64,000 nucleotides of DNA from an uncultured Chloroflexia bacterium (GCA_963700285.1 CAVOXA010000001.1:1376001-1440000), one strand, 5' to 3'. Counted from the first letter of the stretch, positions 1 to 9,777 are shown. Numbers and translations are program-made. Notes: generated by a model from the letters alone, not told the origin.

Positions 1-884
1 GTGGTGGACCAGTGCCGCATGAAGGCGGAGTCACCGTTCCTAAAGGCGGCCAGCGAGGAACCGTCATCGTAGTCTGCGATATCCCGTGGAGACGCGCCCG
101 AGGCAACGAGATCACGCATCTGTTCAAGCGCAGACCGGGTTTGGGGACTGTCAAAAACGATGTTGCCGTCACTGTCAAAGACGTCTCCGCCGTGGCTCCA
201 GATCTGTTCGAGTGTGTTGCAGGTCAGGTTCTCGTCGGCTGTACCTTGCCAGACATAACCTTCGGGAAGGCCTTCCCTCTCTGTGATCCCGAGGGCTACC
301 TGCTGCAAGTCGGCCCATGTGGATGGTGGGTCGTAGCCATACGCGTCCAGCAGATCGCGACGATAGTAGAGCAGCCCAGCATCGGCTACCCACGGAAGAG
401 CCACCAGGTGTCCCCGAAACTCGTTGGCCTGGATCGTACCTGGCAGGAAGGCGCTTGGCTCAATCCCAAGCGACTCGCTCCGTTCTTCAAGCGGAACGAG
501 GCTACCTCCTGCCGCAAACTCGGCTGGCCAGGTGGCGTCAAGCAGGAGGATATCCAGGCTGGTATCCCCTTTGCCAAGCCTATCTGCGACCCATTCGCGG
601 CGTTGGACGCTGTCTTTTGGGGCGCGAACAACCTCGACCTTGACGTCAGTGTTGAGGGCCTCGTAGCGGGCAATGAGTTCATCCAGGGCAGCTAGCCTCT
701 CCCGAGAAAAATTACCGGCCAGGGAGAGCGTGATCGGCAGAGGTATTGGGACGGTTACGGTCGGCGCAGGACCGCTGGGCAAAGGGGTGACCTCGACCGG
801 GGTTGATCCGCACCCAACTATCGTGCAACCCAGGAGGAAGATGAAGAGGGCTACCCCAGGCCAAAGATGTCTCTGTTTGGTCAC
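1..884 (-). CDS. ABC transporter sugar-type extracellular solute-binding lipoprotein (partial, runs off window start)
   Basis: Not in the ORF track; read manually: GTG at 884, MTKQRHLWPGVALFIFLLGCTIVGCGS (lipobox-like), then LDILLLDATWPAEFAA...ALPWVADAGLLYYRRDLL...PSTWADL, typical SBP family 1 motifs. Start overlaps the cyoE stop (GTGA). Confidence 0.85.
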   Translation of the reverse strand, partial: MTKQRHLWPGVALFIFLLGCTIVGCGSTPVEVTPLPSGPAPTVTVPIPLPITLSLAGNFSRERLAALDELIARYEALNTDVKVEVVRAPKDSVQRREWVADRLGKGDTSLDILLLDATWPAEFAAGGSLVPLEERSESLGIEPSAFLPGTIQANEFRGHLVALPWVADAGLLYYRRDLLDAYGYDPPSTWADLQQVALGITEREGLPEGYVWQGTADENLTCNTLEQIWSHGGDVFDSDGNIVFDSPQTRSALEQMRDLVASGASPRDIADYDDGSSLAAFRNGDSAFMRHWST

Positions 885-1801
885 AGTAGCTGGTCGACTA
901 TCATCCCAGCGAACACTGCTGCCAGGTAAAGGCTTGACAGCTTGAACATCCGCCATGCGTTGTGCTCTGTGGGCTTGAGCATCAGGTACCCGTGCCCGAT
1001 CAGTGCGACGATACCGCCGGCAATGGCAATGGCAAAGTAAATGGGACCGAACTGGCCTGCATAACCGAGCAGGAGGGACTCTGCGACCATGAACACGACG
1101 CTCATGGCGATCAGACCTACGGCCCTTTGCAGATTTGTCACCACAGGCAGCATCGGTACACTGGCTCGAGCATAGTCCTCTCGGTAGCGAATGGCCAGGT
1201 TCCAGATGTGGTTGGGGGTCCAGGTGATGACCAACAGACTCATAAGTACGGGCGTCCAGGTGACATTGCCTTGAACGACTGCCCAGCCGAAAAGAACAGG
1301 CATACCGCCGCTGAGAGAACCCAATAGGATGTTGGTACATGAGCGGCGCTTGGCCAATAGGCTGTAGACCACCACGTTGTCGAAAAGGCCCAAGAACATC
1401 CAGAGCGCGGCAAGAGGATTGAACAGGAAAGAGAGTCCCAGAGCCAGGATTGCCAGGAACAGACCCCACACGAGGGCTTTTTCAGGTGGACTGATGCGCT
1501 TGCCCGGCAGAGGACGTCCCTTTGTTCGATCCATGATCGCGTCAATGTCGCGATCGATGTAGCAGGTCAGCGTATCGGCGGCAGCACAACCAGCCGAAAT
1601 TGCCAGCAAAGCCAAGACCCAGCCACCCAGCGACAGGTTTCCCACGCCTCCGGCTGCGACCATGGACCCTATGCAGGTGAAGACAAGAAGTGCGACGGTG
1701 CTGGGTTTCGTAACCTCAACGTACTTCCACATTCTGGCGCGCCAGCTCTGAGACTCGCGGGCGAGAGCCAGGCGGCCAGTCTTTGTCGACTCGTCGATCA
1801 T
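881..1801 (-). CDS. cyoE: Protoheme IX farnesyltransferase (heme o synthase)
   Basis: VTKP, YIDRDIDAIMDRTKGRPLP, WTPNHIWNLAIRYREDYARASVPMLPV motifs of CyoE/CtaB; polytopic. Confidence 0.93.
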   Translation of the reverse strand: MIDESTKTGRLALARESQSWRARMWKYVEVTKPSTVALLVFTCIGSMVAAGGVGNLSLGGWVLALLAISAGCAAADTLTCYIDRDIDAIMDRTKGRPLPGKRISPPEKALVWGLFLAILALGLSFLFNPLAALWMFLGLFDNVVVYSLLAKRRSCTNILLGSLSGGMPVLFGWAVVQGNVTWTPVLMSLLVITWTPNHIWNLAIRYREDYARASVPMLPVVTNLQRAVGLIAMSVVFMVAESLLLGYAGQFGPIYFAIAIAGGIVALIGHGYLMLKPTEHNAWRMFKLSSLYLAAVFAGMIVDQLL

Positions 1802-1844
1802 TGCAGAATCTCCTCAGTGATCCTTGCTTCCATCTGGAGAGGGA

Positions 1845-1873
1845 ATTATAGCGGAAAAGAAGAAAGCGGTCAA
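1845..1873 (-). promoter_or_regulatory. sigma70-type promoter for cyoE
   Basis: Minus strand TTGACC-17 bp-TATAAT. Confidence 0.6.
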
Positions 1874-1894
1874 CTGGCAGAGCGGCTTTGAGTT

Positions 1895-1924
1895 TTGACA
1901 GTGAGTGTTCTTCCGTGGTAGAAT
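1895..1924 (+). promoter_or_regulatory. sigma70-type promoter for the response regulator
   Basis: TTGACA-18 bp-TAGAAT with extended TG. Confidence 0.55.
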
Positions 1925-1962
1925 GATCGAGTCACCAGAAAAGCTACGCGCAACGGAGCGAG

Positions 1963-2613
1963 ATGGGCAAGATACGGGTTCTATTGGCAGACGATCACGC
2001 GGTCCTACGGGATGGGCTACAGGCGCTGCTGGCCGAGCATGAGGCGATTGAAGTGGTGGGCCAGGCGTCCGATGGTCTTGAGGCCATTCGCCAAGCCCGT
2101 GAGCTGCAACCGGATGTTGTAGTGATGGATATTGGGATGCCGTGCGTCAATGGCCTGGAAGCCACTTGGAGGGTACTGAAAGAGTGTCCAGCGTGCCGTA
2201 TCCTTATTCTCAGCCAGCATGATGACAGCGATCATGTGCTGGATGCCCTGTCAGCCGGTGCTGCGGGTTACCTGCTCAAGCGTGCGGCTGGTGCCGAATT
2301 GGCTGAGGCCATCCAGGCGATATCGCAGGGCGGCGTGGTGCTTGATCCCCTCGCAGCTCGGATCCTCGTGGACGCTTACCGGCAGTGCGAGCGTGCCCAA
2401 AAGGTGGATAGCTATGAACATCTCACGGACCGAGAACGCCAAGTTTTGATCCTCGTGGCTGAGGGTCACACCAGCCAACAGATCGCCCAGATGCTGCATG
2501 TGAGTCCCAAGACGGTGAACGCACATCGCACAAGCCTGATGTCAAAGCTGGACCTTCACGATCGGACTGAGGTTGTCAAGTACGCACTACGTAAGCAACT
2601 CATCGATCTGTAG
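1963..2613 (+). CDS. NarL/LuxR-family DNA-binding response regulator
   Basis: REC domain (LADDH, VVMDIGMP, GYLLK) plus LuxR HTH (LTDRERQVL...SPKTVNAHR). Confidence 0.95.
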   Translation: MGKIRVLLADDHAVLRDGLQALLAEHEAIEVVGQASDGLEAIRQARELQPDVVVMDIGMPCVNGLEATWRVLKECPACRILILSQHDDSDHVLDALSAGAAGYLLKRAAGAELAEAIQAISQGGVVLDPLAARILVDAYRQCERAQKVDSYEHLTDRERQVLILVAEGHTSQQIAQMLHVSPKTVNAHRTSLMSKLDLHDRTEVVKYALRKQLIDL

Positions 2614-2655
2614 GGGGACCTTGGGTGCTACTGTTGCTGGCCTTCGCCGCCTGGG

Positions 2656-2673
2656 TTGTTACAGGTTTCACAA
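2656..2673. promoter_or_regulatory. Rex-like operator 1 (TTGTTAC-AGGT-TTCACAA)
   Basis: 18-bp imperfect palindrome resembling the Rex consensus TTGTGAA-N4-TTCACAA; repeated 48 bp downstream. Confidence 0.6.
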
Positions 2674-2703
2674 TCTATCTGGGAATTGGTGTTGAGAATA
2701 GGG

Positions 2704-2721
2704 TTGTTACCCTATTCACAA
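2704..2721. promoter_or_regulatory. Rex-like operator 2 (TTGTTAC-CCTA-TTCACAA), overlapping -35
   Basis: Arms identical to operator 1; the right arm is the -35 hexamer TTCACA. Confidence 0.62.
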
Positions 2722-2743
2722 ATCAAGATAAGTGTGCTATAAT
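2715..2743 (+). promoter_or_regulatory. sigma70 promoter of the fdh operon
   Basis: TTCACA-17 bp-TATAAT with extended -10 (TGcTATAAT). Confidence 0.7.
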
Positions 2744-2784
2744 CGGTTCGCCTGGGAAGAGTCTTGCTCCCGGGAGTATGTTTT

Positions 2785-2897
2785 GGTCTCCGAGCCTACC
2801 TGCCTACAGAGTGGGCCCACAGTGGGATTGCTCCAGGGCAGGAGGTCGATAGGGTGCAGTGGGAAACGGCTGCGCCTCCCGGATTGGAAAGGGGATC
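2785..2897 (+). ncRNA. Moco/Wco (molybdenum/tungsten cofactor) riboswitch, P3-less variant
   Basis: Hallmarks CTCCGAGC..., AGGGTGCAG-TGGGAAACGG-CTGCGCCTCCCG-GATT-GGAAAGGGG; P1 GGTCTCC/GGGGATC; P2 is joined to P4 by a short CGAT linker; lies upstream of a Mo/W-bisPGD enzyme. Confidence 0.85.
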
Positions 2898-2936
2898 GAT
2901 GGCTGGTTGTAGTGCCAGCTATCTATTCCCTTTTTT
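2891..2936 (+). terminator. Intrinsic terminator of the riboswitch expression platform
   Basis: GGGGAT-C-GATGGCTGG/loop/CCAGCTATC-T-ATTCCC followed by TTTTTT; its 5' arm is the 3' strand of aptamer P1. Confidence 0.72.
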
Positions 2937-3033
2937 GACAAGGTATTGGACTGGCGATTCGAGAAAGGAGGTAGCTACTCAGATACTGTGTGTGCCTTGA
3001 GGTTCTAGAACACGAGGAGGTGTAAGAAAAGCT

Positions 3034-6000
3034 ATGGAGCTATCGCGAAGAGATTTCATGAAACTGTCTGGAGCAAGCAGCCGGAGGCCTTTTCCTGCCG
3101 GCCGGTTTTGCGGCGACAGCGGCAGCCGAGGCGGGTGGTCTTTCCCGCTCCACAAGCCGATCGGTGAGGCAGCAACGATCTGCCCCTACTGCTCCTGCGG
3201 CTGTGGATTGCTGATCGCCACCGGGCCAGATGGACACATCATCAACTCGAGGGCGACCCAGACGACCATCAACAACCGGGGCGCGCTGGATCCCAAGTCG
3301 ATCTCGGTGCGCTCGCTGTCCCAGAGCGACCGGCGCCTGAACAAAGCCCATGTACCGGGCACCCGGCAGCGACAAGTTCGAGGAAGTAGAGTGGGACTGG
3401 GCCATCGATACGAGGTCGCCAAGCGGATCAAGAAGACCCGCGACGAGACCTTTCGAGAAGACGAATGCCAACGGCGTGACGGTCAATCGCACGCAGGCGA
3501 TCGCCTTCATGGGCGGCGCGGCCAACAACGACGAGGAGTGCTACCTCGCCGTCAAGCTGGCTCGCGCCCTGGGCCTGGTGTACATCGAACACCAGGCACG
3601 CATATGACACTCTGCCACTGTGGCCGGTCTGGCCACAACATTCGGGCGGGGTGCAATGACCAATCACTGGGTGGACCTCAAAAACGCCGACGTGATCATG
3701 ATCAACGGCTCCAACGCGGCGGAGAACCACCCGGCCTCGATGGCCTGGGTCAACAAGGCCCGCGACGAGCGCAAAGCCAAGTTGATCGTCGTCGATCCCC
3801 GCTTCACCCGCAGTGCGGCCAAGGCCGATATCTATGCCCCCATCCGCAGCGGCACGGACATCGCCTTCTACGGCGGCCTGATGAAGTACGTCATCGACAA
3901 CAACCTCTACCACGAGGAGTATGTGGTCCACTTTACCAACGCCGCCACCCTGATCAACCCCGAGTTCCAGGGTCCGGAAGACCTGGACGGGTCTTTTCTC
4001 CGGCTTTCGGACGACGACGGCGACGGCTTTGGCACCTACGCACGACCGGTCGACCTGGGCCTACCAGACCGATGCCGACGGCAATCCCCTGCGCGATGAG
4101 ACGCTCCAGGATCCCAACTGCGTCTTCCAACTGCTGAAGAAGCACTATCCGCGCTACGACCTGGACATGGTGTCGGCCATCACCGGCTGCCCCAAGGACA
4201 AGCTGGAGGAGGTGTACGATGCCTATGCCATCCACGGGCCAGCCGGACAAGACGGGCGACGATCCTGTACGCCATGGGCCAGACGCAGCACACGGTCGGC
4301 TCGCAGAACGTGCGCTGCATGGCCATGATCCAGCTGCTGCTGGGCAACATCGGACGGCCGGCGGCGGCGTGAACGCGCTGCGCGGCGAGAGCAACGTGCA
4401 GGGCTCGACCGACATGGCCATGCTGGCCCACATCATCCCGGCCTACATGTCCACGCCCGAACGCGGGAAGCCACCCGAACCTGGCCAGGCCTACCTCGAG
4501 GAGGAGACGCCCAAGACCAGCTACTGGTGCCAACAAGCCCAAGTTCCTGATCAGCCTGCTGAAGGCCTGGTGGGGCGACCATGCCACCGCGGACAACGAC
4601 TTTGCCTACGACTACCTGGGCAAGGTCGAGAGCGCGGCCAACCACTACTGGATCGCCCTGTTTGAGGCCATGCACGCCGGCACGATCAAGGGCTGCCTGG
4701 CTCCTGGGCCAGAACCCGGCGGTGGGCGGCCCCAACGCCCGCTTTGAGCGCGAGGCCCTGGAAAAGCTGGACTGGATGGTGGTCCAGGAGATCTTCCAGA
4801 CGGAGACGGTCGACTTCTGGAAGGCGCCGGGCACGAACCCGGCGGAGATCAAGACCGAGGTCTTTGTCCTGCCGGCGGCCGATGCCATGGAAAAAGAGGG
4901 CAGCATCGTCACCAGCGGGCGCCTGATCCAGTGGCGGCCCAAGGTGGCCGAAGCACCCGGCGAGGCCCTGCCCGACCACGACATCCAGAACCTGATCGGC
5001 CTCAAGCTGAAGGAGCTGTACGCCGCCGAGCCGGGCCCCTTTGCCGACCCCATCACGAACTCTGACCTGGGACTATGGCGGCGGGCCGGTCCATCCCGGT
5101 CGTCGGCGAGATGGTGGATATCGACAAGGTGGCCCACGAGATCAATGGCTATGCCATGGAGGACGTGCTGGATGACGACGGCAACGTCGTCGCCAAGAAG
5201 GGCGATCTGCTCAAGACCTTTGGCGCAGCTCACGGCCGATGGCAAGACGGCGTGCGGCAACTGGCTCTACGTGGGCTACTACTATCCGATGGCGGATGGC
5301 GAGGGCAACACCCTGCCGGCCAGCAAGCGGCGCGGCCAGAAGGACCCCGGTGGCCTGGGCATCTATCCCTACTGGGCCTACTCCTGGCCGGTCAACCGGC
5401 GCATCATCTACAACCGCTGCTCGGCCGACTCCAAGGGCAATCCCTGGCCCGGCGGCAAGGACCTGATCTGGTGGGATGCGGCCAGAGCAAGTGGACCGGC
5501 TACGACGTGCCCGACTTTGCCGGCGACCAAGGGCCCGGACGATCCCGGCTTCAACGATCCCTTCATCATGAAGACCGATGGCAAGGGCTGGCTCTTTGGC
5601 GCGCTGAACGAAGGACCGTTCCCCACCCACTACGAGCCGGTGGAGTCGCCGACGACCAACGCCCTGTACTCCAGCCAGCAGAACAACCCGGCTATCAAGG
5701 TCTGGCAGACGAACGAGGGACAGGACATCGGCGACAGCTATGGGCGATCGCCGGACAAGTTCCCCATCGTGGCCACGACCTACCGTGTTGTGGAGCACTG
5801 GCAGGCGGGCGGCATGTCCCGCTGGCTGGAGTGGCTGGCCGAAGCTCAGCCCGACATGTTCGTGGAGATGAGCGAGGAGCTGGCCGCAGGAGAAGGGGAT
5901 CAAGAACGGCGAGCTGGTCAAGGTCAGGTCGGCACGAGGCGAGATCGAGGCGGTGGCCATCGTCACCAAGCGCTTCAAGACCTTCCAGGTGAATGGCAAG

Positions 6001-6170
6001 GACGGTCCACCAGGTGGGCATGCCCTGGCACTTTGGCTGGGGCGGCGGCGGTGAGCTGGAGGCGCTGGCCAAGGGGGCAGCGGCCAACGATGCTGACGCC
6101 GCACGTGGGCGATGCCAACACCACGATCCCGGAATACAAGGCGTTCCTCGTGAACGTGGAGAAGGCGTAG
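3034..6170 (+). CDS. fdnG: Formate dehydrogenase-N/O-type alpha subunit, selenocysteine-containing, Tat-exported (multiple apparent frameshifts)
   Basis: SRRDFMK twin-arginine signal; CPYCSCGC; EHQARI-TGA(3605-3607)-HSATVAGLATTFGRGAMTNHW; LRGESNVQG; GPFPTHYEP; TTYRVVEHW; PEYKAFLVN. Pieces spread over ORFs 3034, 3350, 3620, 4029, 4219, 4581, 5075, 5993. Confidence 0.92.
3605..3637 (+). other. In-frame UGA (Sec) plus bacterial SECIS hairpin
   Basis: UGA at the catalytic Cys/Sec position; TGTGGCC-GGTCT-GGCCACA stem starts 11 nt after UGA, resembling the fdhF/fdnG SECIS. Confidence 0.9.
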
Positions 6171-6180
6171 GGGGTGCAAA

Positions 6181-6998
6181 ATGGCTGACAGACTTGCAAT
6201 GTACATCGACACGTCCAAGTGCATGGCCTGCCGTGGCTGCCAGGTGGCCTGCAAGCAGTGGAACGACCACCTGGGCTACGTCCCGGCGAGCGCGAGACGA
6301 GGAACATCGGCACCTACGAGAATCCCCTGTCGCTCGATCCGCAGACCTGGACGCGCATCAAGTTCACCGAGTACGACGATCCGAGATCGCGGTTCCAGTG
6401 GCTGTTCCTGAAAGAGGGTGCATGCACTGCACCGAGGCGGCCTGTGTGGACGTCTGCCCCACCGGCGGCGCTCAAGTACGGTCCCATGGGCATCATCACC
6501 TTCGAGCGCGAGCTGTGCAACGGCTGCGGCTACTGCAGCCAGTTCTGCCCCTTTGGGGTGCCGCAGCTGGAGGTGCTCAACGCCCTCACCGGCGAGGCCA
6601 AGAGTTCCAAGTGTGTCTTCTGCCAGGATCGGACGACGAACGGTCTGAAGCCAGCCTGTGTCAAGACCTGCCCGGCCGGGGCGCTGGACTGGGGCGACCG
6701 CGACGCAATGATCGCCAAGGCCGAAGCCCGTGTCGAGGAGCTCAAGGCCGAGCGGGGCTTTCCCAAGGCCAACGTCTATGGCAAGACCGAACTCGGCGGC
6801 TTGGGACGGATCTATGTGCTGACGGCCCCGGCGGCGGCCTATGACCTGCCCGAGGATCCCAAGTATCCGGCCATGAGCACGCTGGGCAAAAGATCCTCCA
6901 GCCGGTGGGGCAGGTCGCCTTTGGCGCGACCGTCGTCGGCGCGATTGCGGCCTTCTTTATCGCCCGGCGCAACGTTGCACATGGAGGAAGTAGAATGA
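6181..6998 (+). CDS. fdnH: Formate dehydrogenase iron-sulfur beta subunit (frameshifted)
   Basis: CMACRGCQVAC, CMHCTEAACVDVCP, CNGCGYCSQFCP, KCVFC...ACVKTCP; C-terminal TM anchor VAFGATVVGAIAAFFI in an adjacent frame. Confidence 0.9.
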
Positions 6999-7719
6999 GC
7001 GTCAGATTGAAGAGGTACAGACTCGGCCATCGCAGATCCGCTGGATCCCCAAGTACACCACCCTGGAACGGCTCCTGCACTGGGTCCATACGGCCACGCT
7101 TCCTCCCCCTGGCGCTGACGGGCTTTGTGCTCTTTGCTCCCTGGCTGCAGCCGATGGCCCAGAGCGAAGCCGGGCATCCACATCCGGCTGCTGCACCGCG
7201 TCGCAGCCGTCTTCTTTGGCGGCGTGCCCATCCTCTACACCATCCTGCAGCCCCGGCGGATGCTGATGAACCTGAAAGAGTTCCTGAGCTTTGGCAAGTA
7301 CGACCTCCTCTGGCTCAAAGCGGCCGATTCCCTACTATGTGCTGGGCGCCACGACGAGATGCCGCCCCAGCCCCGCTTCAACACCGGTGAGCGGCTGACG
7401 GCCGTCGTCATGGTCCTGGGCACGCTCACCTTTGGCATCACCGGCCTGTCGATGTGGTTCCTGAAGGGGATCATGCCACCGTGTCCTGTTCCAGTTGACG
7501 GTGCTCGTCCACGACCTGATGTTCATCGTCACCTTTGCCATGTTCATCGTCCACTTTTACCTGGCGGTGGTCCATCCCATGATGTGGCAGAGCCTGGTGA
7601 GCATGCGCTACGGCGTCGTGTCGGAGTCGTACGCCCGCGAGCACCACGCCATGTGGTACTATGGCGAGAAGCGGGCCAAGGAGATGTGGGAACAGCAGCC
7701 AGGCAGAGGCGGACATTAG
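6995..7719 (+). CDS. fdnI: Formate dehydrogenase cytochrome b gamma subunit (frameshifted)
   Basis: ERLLHWVH-like start, RLLHRVAAV, PPQPRFNTGE, VHDLMF...VHFYLAVVHP, YAREHHAMWY. Confidence 0.85.
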
Positions 7720-7734
7720 CTGCCTGCAGCAAGC

Positions 7735-7814
7735 GAGGGGACTGAGGGGCCTGGAGGTCGGAGGGGAGGAGCCTCCTCCGTGCCCTCTGGGTCTCTCGGC
7801 CCCTCTTCGTTTGT
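7735..7814 (+). terminator. Long imperfect hairpin / attenuator between fdnI and fdhE
   Basis: GAGGGG...GGAGG / CCTCC...CCCCTC stem followed by TTCGTTTGT. Confidence 0.45.
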
Positions 7815-7832
7815 GGATGGAGACGGAACGGT

Positions 7833-8691
7833 ATGGCAATCAGCGAAAAGGACCAGCACGTGCTGCGCGCCATTGACAGCAGGCCCGGGACCAGCACGAA
7901 GAACTGGCAGATCTGTTGGACTTTTACCAGGATCTGTATGAAGTGCAGTTTCAGGCCAAGGCCGAGCTGCCGAACCCAGAGATGCGTGACGATCTGGCGA
8001 TGCGCTGGCGACTGGAGGGCGGTATCCCCCAGCTGACCTTTGACCAGTTGGGCCTCGAGCCAGAGACCTTTGCCGAGCTGGTGGCACGAATCGCCGACGT
8101 GCTGCTGCCGCCACAACCCTGGCTGGGATCTTGAGCATGCAGACTGGGCGCCAGAGGAGCTGGTCGCCCAGGCCCGGAAGGTGTTTGAGACCTGGGATAC
8201 TTGACCGCGCCCAGGACCTGGATCTACCGGCGGAAGACCGATGGCGAGTCTCAGCCCGACCACGCCAGCGGCACTGGCCGTGGGCTTTGCCCTGGCTCCC
8301 TATCTGCAACGGGCAGCGGAGGACATTCTCCCCCGGCTGGATCTCACCCTGTGGCGCGAGGGTCATTGTCCCATCTGTGGCGGGCGACCGAACTTTGCTC
8401 TTCTGGAGGAAGAACGGGGGCTCGCCAGCTGATGTGCTCCCGATGCGACCGCGCTGTGGACCTATCGCGCGCGTCGGCTGTCCCTTCTGTACAATCGAAG
8501 GAGAAGCAGATCGTACTACCCCAGCGACGATGGCGTGTACCGACTGTACGTCTGTCCAGCCTGCAAGCGGCTACCTAAAGACCGATGGATCTACGCAGAG
8601 CTGCGCCGTCGAGGTCTATCCCGTCGTTGAGCGCCTTCTGACGGTGGGCATGGATCTGGCAGCGCAAGCAAGGAGGGCTATGGTGAGCTGA
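7833..8691 (+). CDS. fdhE: Formate dehydrogenase maturation protein FdhE (frameshifted)
   Basis: GHCPICGGRP, LMCSRC, CPFC, YVCPAC..YLKT motifs across frames; position after the gamma subunit. Confidence 0.82.
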
Positions 8692-8740
8692 GTAAGGTCT
8701 GGCTTAGCAGCTCAGGTGCGACATACCTGGAGCAAGTGGA

Positions 8741-8769
8741 TTGACAGTACCCGGCTTCTGTGTTATAAT
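8741..8769 (+). promoter_or_regulatory. Consensus sigma70 promoter
   Basis: TTGACA-17 bp-TATAAT with extended TG. Confidence 0.8.
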
Positions 8770-8815
8770 CCCATGCGTGTGAAAACGCGAACAATTGACA
8801 AGGAGGCAGAGAGTA

Positions 8816-9187
8816 ATGGCCAAGGTCCTCGTGGTCGATGATGACCCTGATTTCGTGAAGGTGACTTCCAAGGTACTAGAAAAGGCAGGGCACGAAGTGG
8901 TGTCTGCAGCAAATGGGGCCAAGGCGTTGAAGGCCATGCGCCAGGATACTCCTGATGTTGTTTTGCTGGACATCATGATGTCCTATATTCTCGACGGATT
9001 GGACGTTAGCCGTGAGATGGCTGAAGATCCGGCTCTGAAGGATATTCCTGTCATCATGGTTACATCCCTTACAGGCGTGAAAGGGAGCGACATGTTCCCT
9101 ACGGACGAGTATGTCCCCGTTGACGAGTGGCTGTCCAAGCCCGTTGATCCCGATACTTTGCTAGCGCGCGTGGATGAGGCTGCTTGA
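8816..9187 (+). CDS. Single-domain response regulator (CheY-like)
   Basis: VLVVDDD, LLDIMM, IMVTS, LSKP; RBS AGGAGG. Confidence 0.92.
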   Translation: MAKVLVVDDDPDFVKVTSKVLEKAGHEVVSAANGAKALKAMRQDTPDVVLLDIMMSYILDGLDVSREMAEDPALKDIPVIMVTSLTGVKGSDMFPTDEYVPVDEWLSKPVDPDTLLARVDEAA

Positions 9188-9234
9188 GCTAGCGGCTGAA
9201 AGCGCTGGCCGGTTCTGAAAAGGGGGAGGCAGAG

Positions 9235-9709
9235 ATGGAAAGAATCCAGATCGGCGGGATTATGCAGAATGCACATCTCTCGCTGCTCAACGTGACCGCC
9301 GTGCCTGATCGACCGGGTATTGCTGCGGCAATTCTCAGCGGCTTGGGAGATCGCGACATCAATGTGCAGTTTATTGTGCAATGTATCGATCAGAACCAGC
9401 AAGACCAGGTGGCGTTTTGCGTCGATCGGGATGATCATGCTGTGGCGCTTGAGTTGGTGACTGCCATCGCGCCCGAGCTGGAGGCCGGCAAAGTGGTCTC
9501 TCTAGCCGGAGGCGGCTATTGTCTCCATCTTTGGTCCCGATTTCCGCGAGCGGCCGGGCATCGCGGGCACGATGTTCAGAGCTTTGGCGGACCGAGGGGT
9601 GAATATCCTGGCCATCAGTACTTCCATCTCGACTGTCTCAAGCGTCATCATGTCTGACGACCTTGAGGCTGCGTTGCTCGCGCTGCGAGATACTTTCGAA
9701 TTGCCCTAG
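9235..9709 (+). CDS. Tandem ACT-domain protein, aspartokinase beta-subunit-like (one frameshift near 9505)
   Basis: VPDRPGIAAAIL...INVQFIVQ, then in a shifted frame AIVSIFGPDFRERPGIAGTMFRALADRGVNILAISTS...LRDTFELP*. Confidence 0.8.
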
Positions 9710-9737
9710 TCACCGGCAAGCAAGGAAGCGCATGACG

Positions 9738-9769
9738 AGCGCGGCACCCGAGTGTGTCGCGCTTTTTTT
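9738..9769 (+). terminator. Intrinsic terminator
   Basis: AGCGCGGCAC/GTGTCGCGCT stem followed by a T-run. Confidence 0.75.
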
Positions 9770-9777
9770 CTTTGGCC

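Noticed and set aside
12-695. 227-aa plus-strand ORF
   Set aside because: Antisense shadow of the minus-strand solute-binding protein, which has clear family motifs
3034-8691. fdh operon as pseudogenes or programmed frameshifting
   Set aside because: Indels are scattered without a recurrent slippery motif, all key motifs are retained, and essential ligA shows the same defect; sequencing error is more parsimonious
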